Of a stretch of 64,000 nucleotides of DNA, positions 1 through 11,007 are shown piece after piece. Within the stretch, counting starts at the first letter, position 1; each line of letters starts with the position of its first letter. The position numbers were made by a program, and so were the translations under genes. A model generated the notes under the pieces. The model was not told the origin of the DNA and made no database searches. It saw only the letters and a list, made by a program, of their open reading frames with translations. Origin of the DNA: Patescibacteria group bacterium (GTDB taxonomy: Bacteria > Patescibacteriota > Minisyncoccia > Phycocordibacterales > Phycocordibacteraceae); NCBI GenBank assembly GCA_040388985.1, contig JAZKAU010000001.1:59359-123358 (forward strand), given 5' to 3'.

Positions 1-1
1 C

Positions 2-259
2 ATCGATGAGATCCAGGAGGATGTCGAGGAACTGGGCGAGGATCTGGACGAGATTCAGGAAGATATCGAAGAGATTAACGAAGACGTGGGCGAGATTCAG
101 GAAGACCTGGAGGAACTCGGTGAGGATATCGACGAGCTTTCGGAGGAGGATAAGGAGGAAGAGAAGCGAGACAAACAGCAGGCTGTGACGCTCGAAGAAC
201 TGACGAGTCATGTGCGGCAGATTCTGAGTGACCTTGAAGCGCTAAAAAGAACCAAGTAA
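2..259 (+). CDS. C-terminal fragment of an acidic heptad-repeat (coiled-coil-like) protein; the 5' end lies outside the window
   Basis: Frame 2 reads IDEIQEDVEELGEDLDEIQEDIEEINEDVGEIQEDLEELGEDIDELSEEDKEEEKRDKQQAVTLEELTSHVRQILSDLEALKRTK with a taa stop at 257-259. The track ORF 6..188 is in a different, Arg-rich frame and is probably an artefact. Confidence 0.5.
   Translation: MDEIQEDVEELGEDLDEIQEDIEEINEDVGEIQEDLEELGEDIDELSEEDKEEEKRDKQQAVTLEELTSHVRQILSDLEALKRTK
8..133 (+). repeat. Six consecutive 21-bp coding tandem repeats (7-aa units (I/L)xED(V/L/I)xE)
   Basis: Units atccaggaggatgtcgaggaa / ctgggcgaggatctggacgag / attcaggaagatatcgaagag / attaacgaagacgtgggcgag / attcaggaagacctggaggaa / ctcggtgaggatatcgacgag. 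Confidence 0.6.
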
Positions 260-404
260 CGCTCCGCTCCGAGCCGGAAGGTGCTGTTTCGTTTCTAGCC
301 CCTGCGAGGCTTACACTTCTCGGGGCCGAAACCACACTGCCGCACCTTCTTGCTCTTCGCTCCGTCGACGGGTGGGAGGGGAATTGGTACGATAGAAATT
401 ACGA

Positions 405-475
405 GGGCCTATAGTGAAGCGGTATCACGCATCCATGGCATGGATGAAGTCGGGGTTCGACTCCCCGTAGGTCCA
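405..475 (+). tRNA. tRNA-Ala (anticodon GGC), CCA not encoded
   Basis: Manual cloverleaf: acceptor GGGCCTA/TAGGTCC with a G3:U70 wobble (the Ala identity element), D stem GTGA/TCAC, anticodon stem CATCC/GGATG with loop ATGGCAT (U33, G34 G35 C36, A37), T arm CGGGG-TTCGACT-CCCCG, discriminator A. Confidence 0.8.
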
Positions 476-545
476 CAAAAACAAGGAGTCGCAGACGACT
501 ATGTTTTTGTAGGATGTCGTGTAATCACGACGCCACTAACCTGAA

Positions 546-1040
546 TTAGCTTCGTTTCCACTCGCTCCTATCGCCCCGTCGCTTCTTATCGGCCATCAGA
601 AGCTCATCGTAGATACCATCGATAAGGTCATAGTCCTTCGCTTCTTCGAGCGTGACCCACTCGAACTTGTCAGTCTCTTTTGGTTGGAGAGTAACTTCAC
701 CTGACTCGTAGTCAGCCATGCACGAGATGACGAGCGACGGTGCTCCATCAGCGTGGATAGTCGCAAGACTCGTCACATATTCGATGTTCGAGATGGCAAG
801 ACCCACTTCTTCGCGCACTTCGCGTCGCAACACCCGCTCAAGCACGTTATACCAATAATCCTTGGTGTCTTTTGGCAGATTCACATAGTCTGCAGGCTCG
901 AGCTTGCCTCCGGGCACTGTCCACATGTTCGGGAAGCGTGGTTTGGTCGCTGCGCGACGCGTGATGAGATACTTGCCATCCTTCACGATTATCGCCGTAA
1001 TGACTATCTCATGCCGCAGTTTGAGGTCCGGCTGTTCCAT
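546..1040 (-). CDS. NUDIX hydrolase
   Basis: Nudix box GGKLEPADY...LRREVREEVGL (Gx5Ex7REVxEExG). Confidence 0.75.
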   Translation of the reverse strand: MEQPDLKLRHEIVITAIIVKDGKYLITRRAATKPRFPNMWTVPGGKLEPADYVNLPKDTKDYWYNVLERVLRREVREEVGLAISNIEYVTSLATIHADGAPSLVISCMADYESGEVTLQPKETDKFEWVTLEEAKDYDLIDGIYDELLMADKKRRGDRSEWKRS

Positions 1041-1061
1041 ACGAATATGATAGCAGAGGGA

Positions 1062-1904
1062 TTATAGTCCAAATAACAACCGAACTGCTTCGTATAGCCC
1101 CCACACGCCAAGGCCTACGAACGCTATACTTCCGAAGAAGGAAATCAAAGGATTCTTGACGGCGCGGATGGTGCGCTCAGGTGAGAGGTACAGGAAGATA
1201 TTCAGAATCGCGTGCGCGCTGAAGATGCCTATCGTAAAGCCGAAGACATTCACGACGTTGAAGAGCGGCACGTATCCTGCGAAGTCGTCGAGACCCAGAA
1301 CGAACGGGATGACGATCGCAAAGCCGAAGAGCGGCCAGAATCCTCCGCGATTACCCGCATTCATATTGAGGTCAGGGAGGATGCGACGCAGTAGAGGAGC
1401 TGTGAACCAGTTGATGCGAGCCAGAAAGTTCTCGAAGAACGTGACGACGTGCTTGAAGGCGCTCGGATATTTGCGATCGGTATCGATAGCGTGCTCAAGA
1501 CCGCTTTCAGCGAGCTTGAAGAGGACAAGGGCTGCCAGGATTATCATCAGCGCAAGGAGCCAGTCTATCTGCTTGAAGAGCGTCCAGATAAGGAGAACGG
1601 CCATAGTGCCGAGCGCATTCCCGAGTGCCGTACCTATTTCGATACTTATGCGGTTTTTCCATCCACCATTCGTGCGCATCAGGTTTCCGAGGAATAAAGC
1701 GAAATCTATGGACGTCTTGAGATAGACCGTCACGCCGATGATAATGTCAGAAAAGTGTACGACCAGAGAGATGTCCTTGGTAGTGAAATGATTGAGTATC
1801 CGGATCTGGACATAAACGAGAGCTACCAGGAATACGCAGACGACTAGCGCAAGCAGCAACGGCAGTATCTGCCGTTGCCAAAGTGTTCCGCGAGGTTCAT
1901 TCAT
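1062..1904 (-). CDS. Polytopic membrane protein, function unknown
   Basis: 280-aa ORF with multiple hydrophobic helices; no recognisable catalytic motif. Confidence 0.45.
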   Translation of the reverse strand: MNEPRGTLWQRQILPLLLALVVCVFLVALVYVQIRILNHFTTKDISLVVHFSDIIIGVTVYLKTSIDFALFLGNLMRTNGGWKNRISIEIGTALGNALGTMAVLLIWTLFKQIDWLLALMIILAALVLFKLAESGLEHAIDTDRKYPSAFKHVVTFFENFLARINWFTAPLLRRILPDLNMNAGNRGGFWPLFGFAIVIPFVLGLDDFAGYVPLFNVVNVFGFTIGIFSAHAILNIFLYLSPERTIRAVKNPLISFFGSIAFVGLGVWGLYEAVRLLFGL

Positions 1905-1998
1905 ATGCCAGTTATAGCATGGGGACTAGGATGCTTTCATATAAGGCTCGTTTCGGCTATACTATTCTTACTACGGCGCGACGCCGTTTCATTTTTGT

Positions 1999-2757
1999 AT
2001 GGAAAGCGGGGGAATACATGTAGTCCTGAAAGCTGAGCAGATCGGCACGCTTTTTGGCCTTACCCTCACCAATAGTCTCCTTATGACCTGGGTGGTCATG
2101 CTCATTCTCATTGTTTTCGCCTTCCTCTTCCGCCGCAAATTGGCGCTCATTCCAGGCAAATTCCAGGCCGGCGTTGAATGGCTTTTCGAGGGAGTCTTGG
2201 GTTATATGACCGAAACGCTTGAGGACGAGAAGATAGCGAAGCGGTTCTTTCCGCTGGTCATGACCATCTTTCTCTTCGTGCTTCTGGGCAATGAGCTAGC
2301 CTTCATTCCGGGAGTAGGTTCCGTGGGCTTCCATGCGGCAGAAGGATTCGTTCCGCTCCTGCGCGCACCGGGTGCAGACCTTAACTTCACGCTCGCGCTC
2401 GCCTTCATATCATTCTTCACGATTGAAATAACTGGCATCGCCGTGCTTGGCTGGTGGAAATATGCCGGAAAATATATTAATCTTAGATCACCGATCGACT
2501 TCATCGTGGGTATCATCGAGCTGCTCTCGAACATCGGACGTCTCATCTCGTTCTCGTTCCGTCTGTTCGGCAACATCTTCGCGGGCGAAGTGATGATAGC
2601 CGTGGCAGTATTTTTCGCCGCATACCTTCTGCCTGTGCCACTGATGGCCTTCGAGGTCTTCGTTGGATTCATTCAGGCAGTGGTCTTCGCGATGTTGACC
2701 CTGTTCTTCATCAAGATAGCGATCGCGGAACCGCATGGGGGCGAAGAGGCGCACTAG
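1999..2757 (+). CDS. atpB: F0F1 ATP synthase subunit a
   Basis: Hydrophobic 252 aa ending ...RLFGNIFAGE (a-subunit Arg motif), followed by atpE/F/H/A/G/D/C. Confidence 0.8.
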   Translation: MESGGIHVVLKAEQIGTLFGLTLTNSLLMTWVVMLILIVFAFLFRRKLALIPGKFQAGVEWLFEGVLGYMTETLEDEKIAKRFFPLVMTIFLFVLLGNELAFIPGVGSVGFHAAEGFVPLLRAPGADLNFTLALAFISFFTIEITGIAVLGWWKYAGKYINLRSPIDFIVGIIELLSNIGRLISFSFRLFGNIFAGEVMIAVAVFFAAYLLPVPLMAFEVFVGFIQAVVFAMLTLFFIKIAIAEPHGGEEAH

Positions 2758-2785
2758 CGCTTTTCCTCCATGCGGCTCCGGGATG

Positions 2786-2894
2786 CCCAGTATGACAGCT
2801 TGGACCGACGTGAATTAACCACTACACTGGGAGTTCACGAGCCAAAGCAGTTTCAATGATGAATCGATCATTCCGTTGAGGCTGTCATACTGGG
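2786..2894. repeat. IR-bounded hairpin element in the 300-nt atpB-atpE intergenic region
   Basis: 14-bp perfect terminal inverted repeat cccagtatgacagc (2786-2799) / gctgtcatactggg (2881-2894) enclosing the nested hairpins gtgaa..ttcac and aatgat..atcatt. Confidence 0.5.
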
Positions 2895-3027
2895 GATGGA
2901 GCATAATTACAAAGTGTTATTAACTAAGCGCTTCATAAAATTCGGCAGATACAAGGCGCAATTGAGGAGCGAAGCGAGTCGTACAGAGACGTACGGTGAG
3001 CAAGCCCCGGAGATTGCAACGCAGTAG

Positions 3028-3288
<261 letters not shown>

Positions 3289-3306
3289 CCGCCGTATAGG
3301 CCCTGT

Positions 3307-3390
3307 CTGCTTTGTTATGGGTCCCGATGATTTTCTCCACCGTACGCCCTAGTACGCCTACGAAAATCATCTTCCCATGCCTCGCATCCA
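3307..3390 (+). repeat. Structured intergenic element, copy 1 of 3 (atpE-atpF spacer)
   Basis: ctgctttgttatgggtccc + stem gatgattttc/gaaaatcatc around a loop containing caccgtacgcc + tcccatgcctcgcat; same architecture at 36743 and 53965. Confidence 0.55.
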
Positions 3391-3429
3391 GGACCTCTCC
3401 GACGCTTAGGTACAGACCTACTTCACCTT

Positions 3430-3879
3430 ATGGCACAACTTCTCGACGCATTCGGCATTCAGCTGCCGCTTCTCATCGCCCAGGCAGTGAACTTCGGCGT
3501 TCTCTTCGTCGTGCTCTCATACCTGCTGTATAAGCCGGTGCTGAAGACTCTTGAGAACCGTCGCCAGATCGTCGCCAAGGGCGTCGAGGACGCGCAAGCC
3601 GCCGAAACGGCGCTCGCAGAAGCTGGAGAGAAGGCATCTGCGGTCGTAGAGACGGCTGAGACGGAGGCGGAGGGCATCGTCGGGCGCGCACGCGCTGAGG
3701 CAGGCACGGAGAAGGCGAAGCTCGTAAAGGACGCGGAAGCGCGTGCGGCAGCTATAGCTGCTGACGCGGAAGCTCGTGCGGCTGAGACGAGCGCAAAAGC
3801 GCTTCGTGAGAGCGAGAAGGAGATAGCACGCCTTGCCATACTCGCCGCAGAGAAGGCAATGCGCGCTAAGGCGTCATAG
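3430..3879 (+). CDS. atpF: F0F1 ATP synthase subunit b
   Basis: N-terminal TM helix then a long Ala/Glu-rich helix; operon context. Confidence 0.75.
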   Translation: MAQLLDAFGIQLPLLIAQAVNFGVLFVVLSYLLYKPVLKTLENRRQIVAKGVEDAQAAETALAEAGEKASAVVETAETEAEGIVGRARAEAGTEKAKLVKDAEARAAAIAADAEARAAETSAKALRESEKEIARLAILAAEKAMRAKAS

Positions 3880-3883
3880 CACT

Positions 3884-4252
3884 ATGGAGAGAACCTACGC
3901 CAAAGTCCTGTGGAAGCTCTCGCACCAGCCTGGCGCTGACACGGGTGCATTGCTCAAGCGTCTTACCGAGCATCTTGAGAGCACGGGACGCATGAAGCTT
4001 CTTCCGCGCATCCTTCGCGAGCTGAAGGCAATCGAGGCGAGGGACGAGGGTGTGAACACGACTATAGAGGTTGCGAACGAAAGTGATGCTAAAGAAGCAC
4101 TCGCCTTCGCAGCCTCGCTCGGAGCAAGTGCTGAGGTAGAGCTGAATCCGAGCCTTATAAGCGGCTGGCGAGTGAAGGCGAACGGCACGCTCACTGACAG
4201 ATCAGGCAAGCGTGCGCTCATCGAGCTTTATCGCAAGGTGACCACAGCATAG
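3884..4252 (+). CDS. atpH: F0F1 ATP synthase subunit delta (short, C-terminal domain only)
   Basis: MERTYAKVLWKL...EVELNPSLISGWRVKANGTLTDRSGKRALIELYRKV matches the OSCP/delta C-terminal region; start moved to the ATG at 3884, just after the atpF stop at 3877-3879. Confidence 0.6.
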   Translation: MERTYAKVLWKLSHQPGADTGALLKRLTEHLESTGRMKLLPRILRELKAIEARDEGVNTTIEVANESDAKEALAFAASLGASAEVELNPSLISGWRVKANGTLTDRSGKRALIELYRKVTTA

Positions 4253-4291
4253 AGAACAATCAGTCATAGAAATTTATTTAACTTATTTATT

Positions 4292-5839
4292 ATGGAAAGC
4301 ATCATCAAGCGCATCGAAGACCAGATCGCCGCATTCACGCCGAGTACGGAGACCCAGAGCGTCGGCACCGTACGCGAGACCGGAGACGGCATCGCGCAGA
4401 TCGACGGCCTCGACGGGGCAGTCATGTCCGAGATGGTGCTCTTCGACCCGACCCACGACCGCAGCCTCGAGGAAGCGCTCGCCGATAGCGACTCTCTCTA
4501 CGGGCTCGTCCTTAACCTTGAGGAAGACGGCGTACGCGCCGTGATCCTGGGCGACGCCAGCAAGGTCTTCGAGGGCATGTTAGTTCGCCGTCTTAATCGC
4601 CTGCTCTCCATCCCGGTAGGCGAGGGACTCGTCGGACGCGTACTGAACGCGCTCGGCGAACCGGTAGACGGCAAAGGCCCTATAAAGGGAACTGAGCTTA
4701 AACCTATTGAACGCCAGGCATACGGCGTCATCGATCGCGCTCCGGTGAACGTACCGCTTCATACCGGCATCAAGGCTATCGACGCCATGGTACCGATAGG
4801 TCGCGGCCAGCGCGAGCTCATTATTGGTGACCGTGGCGTCGGAAAGACGGCTATCGCCATCGATACTATCCTCAACCAGAAGTCCGAGGACCCGGCTACC
4901 CGTCCTATCTGCATCTATGTCGCCATCGGCCAGAAGGAGTCGAAGACGGCTCGAATCGTCGCGGACCTCACCGAGGCTGGCGCTATGGACTACACCATCG
5001 TCATCACGGCTCCGGCATCGAGCCCGGCTGCCTTCCAGTTTCTCGCTCCCTTTGCAGGCGCTACCATCGGCGAGTTCTTCATGGAGGCCGGTAAGGATGC
5101 GCTCGTTGTCTATGACGACCTGTCTAAGCAGGCAGTCGCCTACCGTCAGATGTCGCTTCTTCTTCGTCGCCCGCCGGGACGCGAGGCGTATCCGGGAGAC
5201 ATCTTCTACTTGCACTCGCGCCTCCTCGAGCGCGCAGCAAAGCTCTCGAAAGAGAAAGGCGGAGGCTCGCTCACTGCGCTTCCTATAATCGAGACGCAGG
5301 AAGGCGACGTTTCCGCGTACATCCCGACGAACGTGATCTCGATCACAGACGGACAGATCTACCTCCTTACTGATCTCTTCAACAAGGGCATGCGCCCTGC
5401 TATAGACGTAGGTATCTCGGTCTCGCGCGTGGGTTCCGCAGCACAGACCAAGGCCATGAAGAAGGTGTCTGGAAAGATTAAGCTCTCGCTCGCTCAGTTC
5501 CGCGAGCTCGAAGCCTTCACGCAGTTCGCCTCTGACCTGGACGCTGACACGAAGGCGCAGATCGACGCAGGTCGGCGCATGACGGAGGTGCTCAAGCAGA
5601 ACGTAGGCGAGCCTATTCCGTTCGAGATGGAGTCCGCAATCATCTTCGCTGCGACCAACGGCTACTTCGATGCCTTCGCGCCTGAGGAGACGGCACGTGC
5701 GCAGGCGAAGCTCCAGGATTATCTCCTGCGCGAAGCCGCAGATACGCTGAAGGCCATCCGCGACAGCCGCGAGATAGGTGAGGAGACCGAGAAGGCGCTG
5801 CGCGCCGTCCTCGACACGTTCGCGAAGCATTCTGCGTAA
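4292..5839 (+). CDS. atpA: F0F1 ATP synthase subunit alpha
   Basis: Walker [16 protein letters not shown], 515 aa. Confidence 0.95.
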   Translation: MESIIKRIEDQIAAFTPSTETQSVGTVRETGDGIAQIDGLDGAVMSEMVLFDPTHDRSLEEALADSDSLYGLVLNLEEDGVRAVILGDASKVFEGMLVRRLNRLLSIPVGEGLVGRVLNALGEPVDGKGPIKGTELKPIERQAYGVIDRAPVNVPLHTGIKAIDAMVPIGRGQRELIIGDRGVGKTAIAIDTILNQKSEDPATRPICIYVAIGQKESKTARIVADLTEAGAMDYTIVITAPASSPAAFQFLAPFAGATIGEFFMEAGKDALVVYDDLSKQAVAYRQMSLLLRRPPGREAYPGDIFYLHSRLLERAAKLSKEKGGGSLTALPIIETQEGDVSAYIPTNVISITDGQIYLLTDLFNKGMRPAIDVGISVSRVGSAAQTKAMKKVSGKIKLSLAQFRELEAFTQFASDLDADTKAQIDAGRRMTEVLKQNVGEPIPFEMESAIIFAATNGYFDAFAPEETARAQAKLQDYLLREAADTLKAIRDSREIGEETEKALRAVLDTFAKHSA

Positions 5840-5871
5840 TCCCGACCTGTAAGCAGCATTACTACTTCCGT

Positions 5872-6780
5872 ATGGCACTCAAGGACATCAAGGCGAAGAT
5901 ACAGGCGACCAAGCGCATGAACACGGTAACGCGCGCCATGGAGGCCGTATCCGCCGTGAAGATGCGCAAGACCCAGGCGCAGGCCTTCGACGGTCGAGCG
6001 TATGCGCGCGCCGCACTCTCCGTCCTTACGCGCCTCGCCGGCACCCGCATCGTCAAGGAGCACACGCTCGGAAAGGACAGGGAAGTGAAGCGGGTGGCTT
6101 TAGTCATCATCACGAGCGATCGTGGGCTCGCCGGTTCTCTCAATAGCAGCGTGCTGAAGAAGGCGATGGAAGAGATCGCTCCCTATAAGAAAGAGGACGT
6201 GACTGTCTTTGCCTACGGCGACAAGGGCGAACAGCACTTCTCGCGCCGCGGCTTCGAGGTGCGCGAGAGCATGCAGAACAAGGCGGATACCATCGAAGTC
6301 GAGACGATGCAGGATCTGTCGGAATCGGTGGTACGCGGCTTTATCGCAGGAGACTACGACAAGGTCGTCACGGTCTATAGCCACTTCGTCTCGACCTTCG
6401 AGCAGAATCCGGTCGTGCGTCGCCTGCTTCCGCTTTCCCTACCGGCAATCACCGAGATAGTGGAAGGTATCGTGCCTGCGCGCGGCAAGTGGGCGAGCGA
6501 CATCTCAGTCGAGGCGCCGGCCCACTATACGGTAGAGCCGGAGGCGGAGACGGTACTTGACCTGCTGCTTCCGCGCCTGGTCGCCGTCTCGCTCTACCAC
6601 ATGCTACTTGAGAGCAAGGCGTCCGAGCACTCGGCGCGCATGGTAGCGATGAAGAATGCGTCGGACAAGTCGAAGGAAGTCGCCCGTGACCTCACGCGCA
6701 TCTACAACAAGGTCCGTCAGGCCGCCATTACCCGCGAGGTGTCAGAGATCGTGAGCGGTCGAGAGGCCCTCTCGACATAA
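5872..6780 (+). CDS. atpG: F0F1 ATP synthase subunit gamma
   Basis: MALKDIKAKIQATKRMNTVTRAMEAVSAVKMRK...ITREVSEIVSG, typical gamma N- and C-termini. Confidence 0.9.
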   Translation: MALKDIKAKIQATKRMNTVTRAMEAVSAVKMRKTQAQAFDGRAYARAALSVLTRLAGTRIVKEHTLGKDREVKRVALVIITSDRGLAGSLNSSVLKKAMEEIAPYKKEDVTVFAYGDKGEQHFSRRGFEVRESMQNKADTIEVETMQDLSESVVRGFIAGDYDKVVTVYSHFVSTFEQNPVVRRLLPLSLPAITEIVEGIVPARGKWASDISVEAPAHYTVEPEAETVLDLLLPRLVAVSLYHMLLESKASEHSARMVAMKNASDKSKEVARDLTRIYNKVRQAAITREVSEIVSGREALST

Positions 6781-6809
6781 AGCCGCGAGGCGCTTGCCAC
6801 CTAATACGT

Positions 6810-7028
6810 ATGCCTATGGACTCAACCGAACCGACAGTAGTGAATAAGATCACGTATGAACCGATGAGGTTCTTGCTCATGATCGCGATAGTTGCTTTAC
6901 TTATATTCATCGCGACCTTGATCCCAGCTCTGAATTCCCTGCACGGGATCGTCAGTTACCTTCTCATCGTGCTCCTGCTCATCGTAGGGCATATCATCGC
7001 GGATAAGGTTTATTATTTAATCAAATAA
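6810..7028 (+). CDS. Small two-helix membrane protein encoded between atpG and atpD
   Basis: 72-aa hydrophobic ORF in a locally AT-rich 220-bp segment that exactly fills the atpG-atpD gap. Confidence 0.35.
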   Translation: MPMDSTEPTVVNKITYEPMRFLLMIAIVALLIFIATLIPALNSLHGIVSYLLIVLLLIVGHIIADKVYYLIK

Positions 7029-8411
<1,383 letters not shown>

Positions 8412-8415
8412 GCCT

Positions 8416-8664
8416 ATGGCCAAGACGTTCCACCTGACCGTCGCTAAAGTTGGAGAGAATCTCTTTGACGGAGAGGCGCTTTCAGCGACCCTTCCTGCCG
8501 AAGACGGCGTGGTGACCATCCTCGCTAATCACGAGGCCTTCGTGACTCCGCTCAAGTCGGGAACTATTCGCATCGAAGCGGCTGATGGCGCGAAGCAGGA
8601 TATTGAACTAGCCGGTACTGGCCTCCTTGAAGTATCGAATAATCAAGCGACGGTCATTCTTTAG
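8416..8664 (+). CDS. atpC: F0F1 ATP synthase subunit epsilon (82 aa; N-terminal beta-sandwich only)
   Basis: Position after atpD; MAKTFHLTVAKVGENLFDGEA... resembles the epsilon N-domain; no C-terminal helical hairpin. Confidence 0.65.
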   Translation: MAKTFHLTVAKVGENLFDGEALSATLPAEDGVVTILANHEAFVTPLKSGTIRIEAADGAKQDIELAGTGLLEVSNNQATVIL

Positions 8665-8687
8665 TAGCGTGATAGAGTACTAGGTAT

Positions 8688-8918
8688 ATGGGTATACAAG
8701 ATTTTCTTTTGGGCGTCGCGATGAAGTGGAAGATGAAGGATGTGCCGGAAGCACAGCGCGAGCAGATCATGGCGCTCGTAAAGAAGAATCCAGAGCTTTT
8801 CAAGAAAATAGGCGAGGAAGTCGAGCGACGTACCAAGGGCGGTGAGCCGCAGATGAAGGCTACGATGGAGGTTATGAAGAAGTACAGAAATGAGCTCGCG
8901 AGCATAATGCAGAGCTAA
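8688..8918 (+). CDS. Hypothetical small protein
   Basis: 76-aa Lys/Glu-rich ORF with plausible spacing after atpC. Confidence 0.3.
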   Translation: MGIQDFLLGVAMKWKMKDVPEAQREQIMALVKKNPELFKKIGEEVERRTKGGEPQMKATMEVMKKYRNELASIMQS

Positions 8919-8920
8919 CT

Positions 8921-9499
8921 ATGGCAAAGAAAATATTCATCCTGATGGGAAATCCGGACAAGGAGGGGACTCTGTGCTGCGACTTCGCCGATATCTACGA
9001 ACGGGAAGCGAAGGCTGCCGGGCACGAAGTGCGGCGCACGAATTTAGGGGATATGGCCTTCGACCCTATTCTTCATAAAGGATACAAAGAGATACAGCAG
9101 CTAGAACCTGACCTCCTCAAAACACAGGAGGACATGAGATGGGCCGATCACTTCGTGCTTATCTATCCGCTCTGGTGGGCGGGAATGCCGGCACTCCTCA
9201 AGGGTCTCTGGGACCGCATGTATATCCCCGGCTTTGCCTTCCATTTCCATAAGGACGGTATGGTATGGGACAAGCTGCTCGCGGGCAAGACCGCGCGCGT
9301 CATCATCTTGTCCAAAAACTGGCCGCTCGTCGAGCGTATGCTCTTCGGCGACTTCAAGAACGAGATAGGGAGGGCACTCCTCGGCTTTGCGGGCTATAAA
9401 GTACGCATGACTGAAATAGGCCGTACTGAGGGCATGGATGAAGCAGCCAAGGCATCCTGGACCAAGACTATCTCCTCTCTTGCACGAAGCGCTCGTTAG
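8921..9499 (+). CDS. Flavodoxin-like NAD(P)H-dependent oxidoreductase (NAD(P)H dehydrogenase (quinone) family)
   Basis: N-terminal KIFILMGNPDKEG..., W/GMPALLKG..., 192 aa, typical of the Flavodoxin_2 fold. Confidence 0.55.
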   Translation: MAKKIFILMGNPDKEGTLCCDFADIYEREAKAAGHEVRRTNLGDMAFDPILHKGYKEIQQLEPDLLKTQEDMRWADHFVLIYPLWWAGMPALLKGLWDRMYIPGFAFHFHKDGMVWDKLLAGKTARVIILSKNWPLVERMLFGDFKNEIGRALLGFAGYKVRMTEIGRTEGMDEAAKASWTKTISSLARSAR

Positions 9500-9514
9500 G
9501 AAGATTCTATAGAT

Positions 9515-10597
9515 ATGAAGATCGGAATAGTTGGACTGCCGAACGTGGGTAAATCCACCTTATTCAATGCGCTTACGAAACAGAGTGTGCCTGCGGAGAA
9601 TTATCCATTCTGCACTATCGACCCGTCGGTGGGCGTAGTTGCCGTGCCGGATGAGCGCCTTTCGAAGCTAGCGGAGCTATCGGGATCAGAGAAGACGATT
9701 CCTGCAGTAATCGAGTTCGTTGATATCGCGGGGCTCGTGCAGGGAGCGTCCGAGGGCGAAGGCCTCGGGAACCAATTCCTATCACATATCCGCGAGGTAG
9801 ATGCCATTCTGCATATGGTGCGTTTCTTCGATGATCCGGACGTTACCCATGTGCATGGCGATGTCGATCCTGTCCGAGATATCGAGATTATCAACCTCGA
9901 GCTCATCCTCGCTGATACGCAGTCGGTAAAAGGGCGTCGCGAGCGTCTCGTACGCGAAGTGAAGTCTGGCCTTAAGGATGCCGTCGCTGAGGATGCAGTC
10001 CTGGCCAAGATCGAATCTGCACTTAGCGCAGGGAAGCTGGCACGCACGGTAGAGCTCACGCCTGAAGAACTCCTGCGGATAAAGTCTCTTAATCTCCTGA
10101 CCTTGAAGCCGATCCTCTACTCGCTGAACGGAAAGTCCGGCGGAACGATAGATGACGACAGGCGCGAGAAAGCACACACGCTCATACGATCCATGGACTC
10201 GGAGTTCGTGCATGTGGACGCTGCGACTGAGCGCGATCTGAACGACGTGGCCGAAGAGGAACAGGGCATGTTCCGCGAAGAGCTCGGTGTGGAGATAAAC
10301 GGCCTCGAAGCGCTTATCCGCGGAGCGTACAGCACGCTCGGTCTCATCACCTTCTTCACGACCGGTCCCAAGGAGACCCGTGCGTGGACGATACCTCAAG
10401 GCGCAACCGCTCCTGAAGCTGGAGCCGCTATTCACAATGACTTCAAGGACAAGTTCATCCGCGCCGAGGTCGTCTCGACCGACGCGCTACTTGCTGACGG
10501 CTCTTGGAGTGCTGCGCGCGATAAGGGTGATCTGCGTACGGAAGGAAAAACATACATCTTCAAGGACGGAGACGTCGCGGTATTTTTGCATAGCTAA
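9515..10597 (+). CDS. ychF: Ribosome-binding ATPase YchF
   Basis: GIVGLPNVGKSTLFNALT G1 motif, C-terminal TGS domain ...WTIPQGATAPEAGAAIHNDF. Confidence 0.9.
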   Translation: MKIGIVGLPNVGKSTLFNALTKQSVPAENYPFCTIDPSVGVVAVPDERLSKLAELSGSEKTIPAVIEFVDIAGLVQGASEGEGLGNQFLSHIREVDAILHMVRFFDDPDVTHVHGDVDPVRDIEIINLELILADTQSVKGRRERLVREVKSGLKDAVAEDAVLAKIESALSAGKLARTVELTPEELLRIKSLNLLTLKPILYSLNGKSGGTIDDDRREKAHTLIRSMDSEFVHVDAATERDLNDVAEEEQGMFREELGVEINGLEALIRGAYSTLGLITFFTTGPKETRAWTIPQGATAPEAGAAIHNDFKDKFIRAEVVSTDALLADGSWSAARDKGDLRTEGKTYIFKDGDVAVFLHS

Positions 10598-11007
10598 GAA
10601 GCTGCCTCTAGCATATTGGGCGCCGTATGCTATTACTGTGAGGGGTAGAAGGGAGCTGACCTATGTCTGCAATAACCGTCTGGCGGATTGTGGCATATAC
10701 GCTGCTCGTAGCGCCTGCCGCCGCCTATATAGTCTGTTTAGTACCGGCAATCTCGGAAGCTGACGGTGCAGCGGGATTTCTCAATCCCTGCATCGAGCAC
10801 ACCTCCGTCGGTGTCCATACGCTTTCAGGGCTCGGCACTATCCTCATGATATTGGCTATGGTGTCACTATCGTGCGCCGCAGCCGACATCCAGTCGATCA
10901 TCGAGTCCAGAAGGAAGAGGCCGTAGATGCTCATTCACCCCCGGTGCCAGCGGCACCGGGTTGGCTTTTATTTGCGTTTACTGGGGAGAATGAGAGTATA
11001 GACGGAT

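Noticed and set aside
75-544. Track ORFs 75..335(-) and 350..544(+)
   Set aside because: They overlap the tRNA-Ala gene and its flanks, have Arg/Pro-rich low-complexity translations, and no coding signal.
4580-5878. 432-aa ORF antisense to atpA, and similar long antisense ORFs 7017..8102, 15346..15963, 19068..19790, 29087..30253, 33823..35415
   Set aside because: Typical GC-rich antisense shadow ORFs inside well-supported genes (atpA, atpD, leuS, lipoprotein, LVIVD, nrdA).
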